The notes below the pieces were generated by a model. It was given only the letters and a program-made list of their open reading frames with translations. It was not told where the DNA came from and ran no database searches. From assembly GCA_964016885.1 (NCBI GenBank), contig OZ024763.1, positions 20,770,001 through 20,834,000 on the forward strand: a stretch of DNA of 64,000 nucleotides, given 5' to 3'. How positions within the stretch are numbered: the stretch's first letter is position 1; each line of letters begins with the position of its first letter. Shown piece by piece: positions 12,661 to 24,119 of the stretch. The position numbers were made by a program, and so were the translations under genes. The stretch is from Eledone cirrhosa. Lineage: Eukaryota.

Positions 12661-12851
12661 GTTTTTAATATTTCTTATTATTCTAATGTTATATTTTGGT
12701 GGGGTAGTGTGTGTGTGGGGGGCGTCATGTTATAATATTGCCAGAAATATATAGTAAAACACACTGTTTGGTTTGGGTTGGTTTATATATATACAAAAAC
12801 AAGATGGTGTAGGACAACAAAGGAAAGAGAGAGACACAAAATAAAAACCTA

Positions 12852-12892
12852 GTCACTGAGGAGGTCACAATGTGTGGCGAAAGAGCTTTGAC
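12852..12892 (+). ncRNA. Type I hammerhead ribozyme motif (minimal, Penelope/retrozyme-like)
   Basis: gtca CTGAGGA g gtcaca-atg-tgtggc GAAA gagc TT tgac: stem I 4 bp, stem II 6 bp, very short stem III. Confidence 0.55.
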
Positions 12893-13319
12893 AATATATA
12901 AACAACCTTCCGGTTATCGAACAAACTATCTATCTAGCAAGATACTAAAAACCACCGTATTCTGTTGTCTAAAGAAAACAATAACATGTCGACAACTCCA
13001 CTTCATAAAACAATATATATATATATATATTGTTATATTTGGGGAGGGTCATGTTATAATATTGCCAGAAATATATAGTAAAACACACTCATTCAATTGT
13101 CATTTATCACACACCCATGTATGCCATCCTCCTCTCTCATCCGTTCTCACTACATAATGGAATATCCCAGACACCTCTTAAAACACCTACATGCCTGACA
13201 ATACGCACAGTCGCATGACGGTGTGAGTAGAGCGTCGGACAAAATGCTTTACAATATGTAGTAACGACTCTTCGTTCTGAGTTCAAATCCCGCCAAGGTA
13301 AACTTTGCCGAAGAGAAGT

Positions 13320-13860
13320 TGTTGTCTTTTGACATAAACTGGTGGTCCTTCCAACCCCTTGTTTGGCAAGTTTTCTACAGCTGGATGTCCTTCCTATCAC
13401 CAACCACTTTACAGAGTGTACTGGGTGTGTTTATTGTGTAGATCACCAGTGCTAGGTGGGCGTTGTCTTGTCCTTGACAACTAAATGCTCTTCCCAAACC
13501 CTTCTTTGGCAAGCTTTCTACAGCTGGATGCCCTTTCTAACACCAACTACTTTACAGTGTGTACTGGGTGCTTTTATTATGTAGATCACCAACACTAGGG
13601 AGTTTGCCGTATCCTTGACACAACTGAAGGGTCCTCCTATCCCTGTCTCTGTTAAGCTTTCTACAGTTGAATGCTCTTCCTAACACCAACCATTTTACAT
13701 ATCATGCTCTTGACCCAACTGAAGGGTCCTGCCAAACCCTTGTTTGCCAAGCTTTCTATCCCCAACCACTTTACAGTGTGTACTAGGTATGTTTATTGTG
13801 TAGATCACCAGTGCTAGAGGGGGTGGGGTTGTCTTACCATTGACACAATTAAAGGATCCT
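13320..13860. repeat. Degenerate tandem repeat of about 125 bp (x4) containing the shared RTE/SINE block
   Basis: Repeated gctttctacagctggatgcccttcctaacaccaaccactttacag...gtagatcaccagtgctagg. Confidence 0.75.
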
Positions 13861-13900
13861 ATTAACATCTTATTAATCATATTTTGTTTGTTTCTGGCAG

Positions 13901-14338
13901 CAGGAAGAGGCGGAACGTAAGAAACAGCAGAAGAGGCAGCAGGAGTTAGAAGAGCAGCGCAAACAGGAGGAACAACGGAAGCAGGAAGAGCTGCTGAAAC
14001 AAAAGCAGCAACAGCAGGAAGAGCAACAGCGCAAGCAACAGCAGCAGCAGCAGTTGCATGAGGAACAGCAACGCAAGCAGCAGGAAGAGCAACAGCGCAA
14101 ACAGCAGCAGTTGCAAGAGGCTCATAAGCAGAAGGACATATTGAAACAGCAGCAGCACCAGGAACAGCTGCGCAAACAGAAGGAACAGAAAGAACAGGAG
14201 GAACTGAAGAAGCAGCAGCAACTGGAACAGCAGCGGAAACAAGAACAGGAGCATCGGTTGCACCAACAGCAGCAGCAACAACACGAGGCACTGCGTAAGG
14301 TGAAGCAACAGCAGAAGGAACAGCTAGCGAAAATACAA
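13901..14338 (+). CDS. GIGYF2: GIGYF exon (Q/E-rich coiled coil)
   Basis: CAGCAG tandem acceptor, QEEAERKKQQ...QLAKIQ, donor GTAATT. Confidence 0.85.
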
Positions 14339-14565
14339 GTAATTTTGTTTACTAGCTTTGTTTGTTTGTTTGCTTATGTCTTCACTGTCACCGCAGTTAT
14401 TACTAATATCACCACCACCTCCATCATCATTGCCATCATCAATCAGCTCCATCATCATCATCACCACAACTATTATTATCACCACCACCATCATCATCAC
14501 TGCCGTCACCACAACTATTATCATCATCATCACCATCATTATCATTACCTCCATCAGCCAAACTC

Positions 14566-14770
14566 TCTTCTCCGACAGGCTCGTGGTTGTGCCCTTGGCA
14601 GTGGACACTTCTGGTGTCCTTGGCCCTAGGGCTACCTCCTTACTCGCCACCAAAGGTGCTGAGCTGGCGAGTCGCAGATGTGAGCCTCGCGAGATGGAAT
14701 GGCTCTTCCAGCGCCTTTCCTTTACCATTCTCTGGGGAAACGCCTTCTCCATTCTGTCTGCCTGGGCTGT
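14566..14770 (+). mobile_element. CRE-like (restriction-like endonuclease) non-LTR retrotransposon 3' fragment
   Basis: VPLAVDTSGVLGPRAT...WLFQRLSFTILWGNAFSIL resembles the CRE-clade C-terminus (PLAVET.G..G...FQRLS..IQRGNA). Confidence 0.65.
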
Positions 14771-14819
14771 GGGTAGGCCAGCACATTTTACCATTTACTT
14801 TTTTTTTTGTCCCATCTGG

Positions 14820-15105
14820 CATGCCCCTCCTCTTAGCGGTGTCATCCAGTACGGTGCTCCAAAACTATGGTTCTGCTCTGAGAGGGATACAGCGTGGCCA
14901 ACTGGCCTGTTCCTCCTCATAACAGTGCCATCCAGTTCCACACGGTAAATGAGGTTTGTTGTTAGGAAGGGCATCCAGCTGTAAAATCCCTCGTCGGAGC
15001 AAGGTACTGCGTGGCCAACTCTGGCCAGACTTGTCTCCCAACGTGGACGATCCGTCAAACCCATCCAAGCATGGCAAAATGGATGGTAAATGATAATGAT
15101 GATGA
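14820..15105 (+). mobile_element. Non-autonomous element with RTE-type tail
   Basis: ttaggaagggcatccagctgtaaaa block, terminal ccatccaagcatgg motif, (GAT)n tail. Confidence 0.6.
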
Positions 15106-15130
15106 TATTCCTCAGCTTATATTCGAGTTT

Positions 15131-15495
15131 ATAATAATAATAATGAAAGTTATTGCGTACAGTGCTCAGGTGCACTACAACTCATCAAAGGTACATGTAT
15201 AGTACATAGAAGAATGTACAAATGTCAGGAAAATGAACAGTGTACGAGTCATGAAATACATGTGTGCGTGCGTATGGAGGGGGAATATTAGGTATAGTGT
15301 TAGCGAATTTCAGGAAGCATGGAGGTTTTAAAGAATGCAGTGTCTCAGCAGCTAACAACTGATGCAGGTAGTTTGTTCCATGCTTCAGCAACTCTGAGCG
15401 AGAGAAAATGTTTCCGAAAGTCATGGGAGCTGTGCTGTTTTCTGACTTTGTAGGCATTGCCACGTGTGTTAGACATATGGAAATCAAAATCAAAA
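15131..15495 (-). mobile_element. CR1-type LINE 3' fragment
   Basis: NTRGNAYKV...FRKHFLSLRVAEAWNKLP is the typical CR1 ORF2 C-terminus; (ATT)n tail. Confidence 0.8.
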
Positions 15496-15659
15496 TATAG
15501 CATATAATCATATGTTGAAACATTTACTGTTATATAGTTCTTTTCACTGCCTTCTATCACTTCCCTATATCTTTAGCCGGCTTCTTTCTTTCTTAGTCAT
15601 TCATACCTTAATATGTTGTTGTTGACGATGATGATGATGTCATTGTTTTTATTTGTTAG

Positions 15660-15776
15660 CTTCCTGCTGGTGCCAACTGGGCCAAAAATAACTCCTCTGC
15701 TGCTAATGTATCTCAAAGTCAAACCATTTCTCTCGCTGAAATACAACAACAGGAAGAAATTGAACGGAAAAAAGAG
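15660..15776 (+). CDS. GIGYF2: GIGYF exon
   Basis: LPAGANWA...TISLAEIQQQEE matches the GIGYF SLAEIQ motif; donor GTGAGA. Confidence 0.88.
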
Positions 15777-15809
15777 GTGAGAATATTCAAAAGTCTGTTG
15801 GGTGTAATT

Positions 15810-16340
15810 TGTGACTGGGTTTAGAGAGCTAGGGGTTAGATGACTGGGTTAGAGAGCTAGTGGTTAGATGACTGGACTTAGAAAGCTAGTGGTTAGATGA
15901 CTGGACTTAGAAAGCTAGTGGTTAGATGACTGGACTTAGAAAGCTAGTGGTTAGAAAGCTGATGGTTAGATGTCTGGGTTTAGATGACTGGACTTAGAAA
16001 GCTGATGGTTAGATGACTGGACTTAGAAAGCTGATTGTTAGATGACTGGGGTTAGAAAGCTGGTGCTGAGATGTCTGGGTTTAGATGACTGGGCTTAGGA
16101 AGTTAGGGGTTAGATGACTGGTTTTAGAGAGCTAGGGGTTAGATGACTGGGTTTAGAAAGCTAGTGGTTAGATGATGGGGTTTAGAAAGCTAGTGGTTAG
16201 ATGACGGGGTTTAGAGAGCTAGTTGTTAGATGACAGGGTTTAGAAAGCTAGGGGTTAGGTAACAGGGTTAGAAAGCTGGTGTTTAGATAACTGGGTTTAG
16301 AAAGCTAGGCTTTCAATTGAAAGCTAGTGGTTAGATGCTA
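15810..16340. repeat. Minisatellite of about 28 bp
   Basis: Unit ttagatgactgggtttagaaagctagtgg, starting about 35 bp after the donor at 15777. Confidence 0.9.
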
Positions 16341-16605
16341 AATAAGAAGCCACTTTACAGCATGTACTTGATGCATTTATTGTGTAGATCATCAGCACTA
16401 GGGAGGGTGCCATGTTCTTGACATAACTAAAAGGTTTTGATATTTATATGTATCCTGTTATCACTGTTTAACGTCCACTTTTCCACGCTGGCATGGGTCA
16501 GACAATTTGTCCCATTGTTAGGTCACGTATGTTCTATTATCTTATTTGTATATATCCTGTATATTCTGTTATATATGTATATATATATAAATTTTTCTTT
16601 TGCAG

Positions 16606-16721
16606 AACCAACGAAAGGCAGAGGCTAAGCAATTGCAACAACAACAACAGCAGCAGCAACAGCAACAACAGCAAGCTGCAGCTCTACACACACAACAAAC
16701 AAAAATCTGGGCCAATAATAA
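16606..16721 (+). CDS. GIGYF2: GIGYF exon (polyQ)
   Basis: tttgcag acceptor, NQRKAEAKQLQQQ...KIWANN, donor GTTAGT, ends phase 2. Confidence 0.8.
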
Positions 16722-16753
16722 GTTAGTGTACCATCATCATCATCATTGTTTAA

Positions 16754-17248
16754 CCCTTTAGTATTTACAATACTCTATATATACTATTGTATTTTCACAG
16801 TAAAGGCTTTACCTCATATAATATCTCACATAACATTTACATTACTCTATATATACTATTGTATTTTCACATAATATCTCACATAACATTTACATTACTC
16901 TATTTATACTATTGTATTTTAGTGGTAAAGGCTTTACCTCACATAATATCTCACATAACATTTACATTACTCTATATATACTATTGTATTTTCACATTTC
17001 TCACATAACATTTACATTACTCTATATATACTATTGTATTTTCACATAATATCTCTCATAACATTTACATTACTCTATATATACTATTGTAATTTCATGG
17101 TAAAGGCTTTACCTCACATAATATCGAATCTATGAGATTTTGATATTATTTATTTTGGGAACAATACTTTAACATCAGTATGAGTGGCCAGTTTGAACAG
17201 AAAGAGGTGAGAGAATTCTGGCCAGATATGGTCGGTTTAAATGCTAAA
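16754..17248 (+). mobile_element. TTAA MITE with internal tandem amplification
   Basis: TTAA-ccctttag start; about six repeats of cataacatttacattactctatatatactattgtattttca. Confidence 0.75.
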
Positions 17249-17451
17249 TGCATTTTTCTACGCTAGCATGGATTAGACAGGATGTCCCATTGAGGCAATT
17301 TGAGTTAGGTTCCTGTGTCTTGCTCACACACAACTGTTTTCTGGCTTGGTTTCTACAGTTGGATGCCCTTCCTAACACCAACCACATTTACATAACTGCA
17401 TTTATTTTTAGCGTTGTAGTGTTTGTACTGGTTGGTGGGTCATCTTTTCTA

Positions 17452-17760
17452 ACATGGTGAGTCACTAGTATATTTGTAAAGTTACTGATAGAGGGGTCAT
17501 TTTTAAGTATGGTGAGCTTCTCACCAGTATATTTGTAAAGTTACTTATAGAGGGGTCCTTTTTTAGTATGGTGAGTCACCAGTGTATTTGTAAAGTTACT
17601 TACACAGGGGTCATCTTTAGTATGGTGAGTCACTCACTAGTATATTTGTAAAGTTACTGATAGAGGGGTCGTTTTTTAGTATGATGAGTCACCAGTATAT
17701 TTATAAAGTTACTGATAGAGGGGTCCGATTTAGTATGGTGAGTCATCAGTATATTTGTAA
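17452..17760. repeat. Tandem repeat of about 56 bp (x6)
   Basis: Unit tatggtgagtcaccagtatatttgtaaagttactgatagaggggtc...ttag. Confidence 0.9.
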
Positions 17761-17784
17761 CATTTATATCTTCTTCCTCTGCAG

Positions 17785-17896
17785 GATTGTTGCTGGTAAA
17801 ACCAGTGCTAAATCGTTACTAGAAATTCAGCAAGAGCAAGCTATACAGCTTGAAGAAGAGAAAAAGAAGCCAGTTCCACAAACACAAGTTCCTAAA
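17785..17896 (+). CDS. GIGYF2: GIGYF exon
   Basis: KSLLEIQQE motif typical of GIGYF; donor GTAAGT. Confidence 0.88.
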
Positions 17897-17959
17897 GTAA
17901 GTTTTTTTAACATCCACTGTATTTCTTAGTTTTGTCTTTACCTCTCTTTATCTGTCTTT

Positions 17960-18122
17960 AGGCGGGGAATTGGCAAAGTTGTTAGAATGTCGGATAGAAT
18001 GCTTTGCAGTATTCATTCCAGTTCTCTGCTACCTGAGTTGGAGTCCTTCTGCCGAGGTCAACTTTGCCTTTCATCTATTATCGGTTGATAAAAAGGGTAC
18101 CAGTCTAGTTCTGGGGTCGATT
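17960..18122 (+). mobile_element. SINE family 2, degenerate copy
   Basis: gccgaggtcaactttgcctttcatc...gataaaaagggtaccagt core. Confidence 0.6.
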
Positions 18123-18671
18123 CTTCCTCTATATCTCTTTCTCACTTCCATTCTCTAACTCTCTCTCCTTCTCTGGAAGAAATCTGCTGTACAAAAGATG
18201 AGCGTCTTCTTTTTCTTCTTCACCCACTTATTCCTGAGAGAGTCGCGAGTAGAGACGGAGTCCTCAAACACTCCTTCCAGTGGGTCTTGTCAAAAGCAAC
18301 TGTCTCTAATTGATCCAGCTGGATCCCCAAGCAAGACCAGCCAAGCTCATGGTTGTTATCCTTCCAGAATAATTTCCAGTATCTGCTCTAGTTCTGTGCA
18401 TTCTAAGTTCAAATTCTGTCTCCTCCTCCTCCACCTCTCAGAAGTTGTGACTGGCAGATAATATCAGCAATGGACAGGCCGACAGTTTGATCTAATGATT
18501 GGTTTCTTTCTTTTCCTAATACACACAACGCACATACTTATATACATTTACAAACTTTTTTTAAATTCCAACACACGCATTTTATTTGACACACATGTAT
18601 TAGGTGAGAATGTAGATAGAATCATTAAAAGTAAGTTAATTTATTCTCTCACTTCTCACTTCCATTTTACA

Positions 18672-18946
18672 TCATTAGTATTAAAAGTGTGCCCTACAAT
18701 TTCTAGGTAGCCACTTTTCCTCCCCTCAATTTTGTCATTAGTATTAAGTGTGCCCTAAATTTTCTAGGCATCCACTTATCTTCCCTTAAATTTCATCATT
18801 AGTATTAAGTGTGCCCTAAAATTTCTAGGCATCCAATTTTCCTCCCCTAAATTTTCTCTGTGCCCTACAATTTCTAGGTATCCAATTTTCCTCTCCTCTA
18901 TTTTGTCATTAGTATTAAAAGTTATGCCCTAAAATTTCTAGGCATC
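18672..18946. repeat. Tandem repeat of about 61 bp (x5) spanning the intron/exon junction
   Basis: tgcccta(c/a)aatttctag|g ends at 18706, 18767, 18828, 18877, 18941. Confidence 0.9.
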
Positions 18947-19126
18947 TCATCCTCTTGGAAGTTCTGCTGTATGGGGCATAGCAGCTCCTGTCTCAACATC
19001 TCCTACCTCAAGCTGGGGCTCTGAAGGTCCGTGGCAAATACAGGGAAACAAATCCAGTGCCAGCTCTATGTGGGAGACTCAGAAAAACAATAAAAAACAG
19101 CCCTCTCCTACAAAGAATAGTACGCT
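18942..19126 (+). CDS. GIGYF2: GIGYF exon (S/W-rich low complexity)
   Basis: ASHPLGSSAVWG...PTKNST; donor GTAAGT; phases 0/2. Confidence 0.8.
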
Positions 19127-19552
19127 GTAAGTACTCTATCATCTATGTATATATATATATATATCTCTGTCTGTGTGTCACAACATCTGTCTGTCTCTGT
19201 CTTTCTGGAGCTCTGCTTGCCTCTAGCACTGTCTGTCTCTTTCTATACACACACACAGACACACACACACACACATATATATAAAAACAAGAAGTGTAAG
19301 TCAACAGGGTAAAATTAGCTTCGTTTATTCATATTCGCTGTTATATATATTTCAGTGATAGCCATTATTCAACAGCTATGAATTCATCAAGCAGTAAGAA
19401 CTTGAACAGAAAAAAACAGGAAAACATAATGTAATATATTTTACCTTGTTAATCCATTGATATGTTCAGATCCAGAATGTGGTGTTAGTCCTCTAAGGAA
19501 CTGAAAGTGTCGGTAAACAACCAACACACACTCAAAATTATATTTATATATA

Positions 19553-19892
19553 TCATCATCATCATTTCATTTTACGTCCGCTTTTTCCCTGCTTGCAAGG
19601 GTGGGACGGGAACTGATTCTAGCTTGATTTCTACAGCTGGATGTCCTTCCTAACACCAACCTCATTTACAGTGAGTGGTGGGTGCTTTTCTTGCCGTGGC
19701 ACCCTCCATGACCATTTTGCAGTGGAATGATAGGGACCCCAGTCCCTATCATCTCATTTCTACAGCTGAGTAAACTGGAGCAATGTGAAATAAAGTGTCT
19801 TGATCAAGGAAACAACACATCACCCGGTCTGAGAATTGAACTCACAACCTTTCGATTGCAAGGCCAATGCTCTAACCACTAAGCCATGTCCC
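19553..19892 (-). mobile_element. SINE family 1 (tRNA head, RTE-derived tail)
   Basis: Near-identical reverse copy of 45842-46187. Confidence 0.9.
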
Positions 19893-19897
19893 CCTCT

Positions 19898-19928
<31 letters not shown>

Positions 19929-20400
19929 AACACAAATAAAAGGCAGAGTTATTAACTCGTATAGATACCCTGTAATTAACAAGCTCAAAGTATAAATACT
20001 GAGCAATATATAATAGTATATGTAGTAATAAACACAGTAAATCGTCTGTCTAAAATTACGAGGGTTGAAATACCACGTTGGTTTGACAAATTTAACCAGA
20101 AGCAAACGGAAAATTCAGAAAATATACACACCATCTCAATAACTATTACATCTCCCGGACAGATTAGAAATTTAATCTGTTTTGCCCTGAGAATTGTGTT
20201 TGTAACAGATAATCCGTGGGCATCATCAGCGAGAGAATTAGATTAAATGTGACAAACACCTAAAGCTAAAAGGCCACACGAATGAACATTTCACCTCGTG
20301 CGCTAGAAGTCAAAAGTGGTGTGAGTGGATAGACTAGAAACAAAAGCCTTAATACACCCAACTTATCAGCTCACCTAGTTAAGGAGCCGAAATACATATA

Positions 20401-20828
20401 TCATCATCATCATCACTGTTTTACGTCCGTTCTTCCATGCTAGCATGGGTTAGACGGGTTGTCCTGTTATGGGCAGTCTCTGGTCGGCTGACCATGCCTT
20501 GCTCATACAGGAACTGATTTTGGCTTGATTTCTACAGCTGGATGCCCTTCCTAACACCAACCTCATTTACAGTGAGTGCTGGGTGCTTTTTCCGTGGCGC
20601 CTACACGTCTACTTTACAGTGTGGGCTGGGTGCTTTTTTGCCGTGGCACCTCCACGACCACCTTGCGGTGGGTGGGGTGGGGGCATATTGTCTATATGCT
20701 TCAGCTTGTACCCATGGGAGGTCGGGTACTCTGTATTAGTGTGATGCCAGAGGTCACGGTCGTGTGTCATCGCCTTTGAGAGGTGTAATTGGGTAAGGTC
20801 GGCATTTATCACCTCATCCCAGGGGACA
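20401..20828 (-). mobile_element. RTE subfamily C 3' end
   Basis: Reverse copy of 59860-60288. Confidence 0.9.
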
Positions 20829-20895
20829 TATATATTTATATATATAGCATGTATTAAATATCAGAAAACAACAAATTTTGAATACATATATTTAC

Positions 20896-21019
20896 TGGCT
20901 GACAACTTGTTTCGGAAGCCGAATGATTAATTTGTACATGGAGTAAATGATTACCGATCCAAAAATCGATAAACGTACAGTGAAAACTAATACTATATTC
21001 AGTGCCCTCATCAGAGCCA
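20896..21019 (-). ncRNA. Type I hammerhead ribozyme motif with long loop 2
   Basis: Minus strand: tggct CTGATGA gggcactgaat...attcggcttcc GAAA caagttg TC agcca; perfect 5-bp stem I, GUC cleavage triplet, near-palindromic stem III. Confidence 0.65.
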
Positions 21020-21061
21020 AAAATAAAGAAATAAACATTAATTCAAAAAATTATATACATA

Positions 21062-21968
21062 TAGAGTAAATCTAGCTAAGACAAAAGTGTTGATGAGTAG
21101 AAAAGAGGACAAAACCCTGATTCCGTCAGGGAAATGGCCATGTTCGATATGCAGAAAAGGAACTGGCATAAATTCTATAAAATGCACACAATGCAGGTCC
21201 TGGGTACACAAGAGATGTAGCGGGATAGCAGGCAAACTAACAGGTAGGGAGAAATATGTATGCAGTAGATGTACAGGGAAATTAGACAGTAGAAGTCGCA
21301 CTGATAGACACATTTTTCAAATGCGAGAGGACGCTATAGAAGTGGTGGATAGCTTCCGGTACCTAGATCAGATTAGCATGGGAGGAGGGTGTTCCGAGGC
21401 CATAGTATCTAGAATAAGGACAGGTTGGAAGAAGTTTAGGGAGCTGCTTCCTCTGTTGACGAAGAAGGGTTTCTCCCTGCGTACGAAAGGCCGGTTGTAT
21501 GATGCCTGTGTGAGGAGCGCGATGCTGCATGGTAGTGAGACATGGGCAGCAACCGCAGAGGATATGCGACGGCTGGAGAGAAATGAGGCAAGCATGCTCC
21601 GTTGGATGTGCAGTGTAAATGTGCGTGAACGACCCAGCATAAATGTGTTGAGAGAGAAACTGTGTCTGAGAGGGATAGAATGTAGTGTACGGGAGAGGAG
21701 ACTGAGGTGGTATGGACATGTGATGCGCATGGAGGATGACCGATGGGTGAAGAAGTGCCAGGAATTGCCAGTTGAAGGAAGATGTGGTAGAGGTAGACCA
21801 CGAAAAACATGGGCGGAGGTGGTGAGAACAGACCTCAGATCATTGAAGCTCACGGTGGAGATGACGAGGGACCGTGACGAGTGGAGAGATGCTGTGCTGA
21901 ATAAGACCCGTCCCACCCTTGCAAGCAGGGAAAAGCGGACGTAAAATGATGATGATGATGATGATGAT
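21062..21968 (+). mobile_element. RTE subfamily A, 5'-truncated
   Basis: ORF 21087-21944 nearly identical to the C-terminus of 8810-11203; (ATG)n tail. Confidence 0.95.
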
Positions 21969-22135
21969 CACCGAAGAGAAGATCCTACGATAAAAAGGAT
22001 ACTTGGATAGATAAATATACATTATATATATATAAATATATATATAATGTATATTTGTCTCTTTATATCTCTGTTTGGTCACTTGAGAATCAAACTCACA
22101 ATGTTATGATCGTAAGTCCAACACCCTTACCACTA

Positions 22136-22470
22136 AAGCGGTGGATGGCAGTATTGGTAGAGCGTCGGACAATATGCTTTGTGGCATATAGTTACATCCC
22201 TTTATGATATGTGTTCAAAATCCTGCCGAGGTTTGCTCTGTCTTTCAATCTTACAGGGTCGATAAAATAAAGTACCAGTAATGCACTGGGGTCGATTTAA
22301 TCGACCTTCCCCTCCCCAAATATTGTTGGCCTTGTGCCTATATAAGAAACCATAATCCCACTGAGGTTAACTTTGCCTTTCATCCTTACGGGATTGATAA
22401 AATAAAGTACCAGTAATGCACTGGGGGTAATCGCTGGCCTTGTGCCAAAACTAGAAACCATTATTATTAT
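22136..22470 (+). mobile_element. SINE family 2 with internal duplication
   Basis: tRNA-like head, core duplicated, (ATT)n end; the core recalls conserved Meta/Nin-type SINE central domains (from memory, unverified). Confidence 0.7.
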
Positions 22471-22493
22471 CATTACATTATATTTTCTAACAG

Positions 22494-22584
22494 GGACACC
22501 AATAGCTTCCCAAGTTTGACTTCTATATCATCTGGAGCATCTCAGAATACAAAATCGAAATCATCAAAAAATAGACATAATGCG
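22494..22584 (+). CDS. GIGYF2: GIGYF exon
   Basis: ctaacag acceptor, DTNSFPSL...NRHNA, donor GTAAGT; phases 2/0. Confidence 0.78.
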
Positions 22585-22645
22585 GTAAGTACTTATAACA
22601 ACCTCTTCTCTCTCCTCCCCACACACATTCCAATGTCCTGGTCAG

Positions 22646-22682
<37 letters not shown>

Positions 22683-22883
22683 ACACACCCAAGGGAAGTT
22701 TTGTTTATTTATTGCACAGATAATCTGGGTTATTCAAAGTTTTTCTCAACTCACTATATTATGTGTGAGAGATGCATTTGAACTTAACCCTTTAGCATTT
22801 AAACAGGCTGTAATCAGGCTGAATTCTCTCACCTCTTTCTATTCAAACTGGCCATATCCAACTGCTTATATCAAAGTGATATT

Positions 22884-23888
22884 CATCATCATCATCATCA
22901 TCATCATCATCGTCCATCTTCTACGCTTGCATGGGTTTGGACGGGAGTTTTCCCACTTGAGGCAAGAGTGGTTGTCTCGCTCGCATAGGACTGTCTGGCG
23001 GGTTTTTTACGGCTGGATGCCCTTCCTAACACCAACCACGTTTACAGTGTGGACTGGGAGGTTTTTACCGTGTTACCTACATGACCACATTACAGTGTGG
23101 ACTGTGTGTTTCTTTTGTCGTGACACCTACACGACCTCACTTGTCTCGGACTGGATGTTGTGGTACCAACATAACTTTACATTGAAAGGGGTGGTGTGGA
23201 TGGGGTGGGGCTAGTGGGACGGGGGTGTATTTTGTTAGAAGTGCCTACTGACTGTAGTAGGTTTCACTTTGTACTTCGGTAAGGCGGGTCTTCTCTATTA
23301 CTGTGTAGCGCCAAAGATCTCGGTCCAGTGACATTGTCTTGGACAGGTGTAAGTGTGTGAGGTCGGAATTTATCAAGTCGTCCCAGGTTTTTCTGGGTCT
23401 GCCTACTCCGTGGCTACCGTCTATCTTTATTGCCCTGCACTTTGTTATACAGCTGTTGTCTTTCATGCGCATCACGTGACCATACCAACGTAGCCTTCTC
23501 TCGAGTAAACAACATCTGATCCCTCTTATTTCTAATTTTTCCCTTAGTTCGTTTATGCTTTGCCGTTCACGTATATTACTATTACACATCCAGTGGAGCA
23601 TGCAAGCTTCGTTCCTCTCCAGTCTGCGTATATCCTCTGCCCAGGTCTCACTGCCATGTAACATTGCTGTTCGTATGCAGGCATCATACAGCCTGCCTTT
23701 CATTTTTAGAGAGAACCCTTTAGCGGCTAATAGTGGTATAAGCTCTCTGAACTTTTTCCATCCAGTTCTGACTCTAGCTACTGTACTTTCAGAGCACCCT
23801 CCACCACTGCTGATTTTGTCACCCAGGTAACGGAAGTTGTCTACTATTTCTATTTCTATAGAACCATCTGTGCAATGGAATGAGCTAG
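22884..23888 (-). mobile_element. RTE subfamily B, 5'-truncated
   Basis: ORF 23245-23703; 3' UTR with two 49-bp units; (GAT)n tail. Confidence 0.92.
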
Positions 23889-23909
23889 TATGTGAGATAA
23901 AGCCTTTAA

Positions 23910-24119
23910 CCCTTTAGCATTCAGATTATTTTATATATACTATTATATTTTCATGGTAAAGGCTTTACCTCAAATAATTATCTCACATAATATCGAATCT
24001 ATGAGATTTTGAAAGTATTTATTTTGAGAACAATACCTTAACATCAGTTTGAGCGACCAGTTACAGCCAGTTTCAACAGAAAGAGGTAGAGAATTCTGGC
24101 TGGTTAGAACACTAAAGGG
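23910..24119 (+). mobile_element. TTAA MITE nested in an opposite-orientation MITE fragment
   Basis: TTAA-ccctttagca...ctaaaggg-TTAA. Confidence 0.75.

Noticed and set aside
13695-14308. Ala/Val-rich and Leu-rich ORFs on the minus strand
   Set aside because: Antisense shadows of the CAG-rich GIGYF exon
19356-19393. Possible extra small exon (ttcag...gtaaga)
   Set aside because: 38 nt would shift the frame between flanking exons; no recognisable GIGYF similarity
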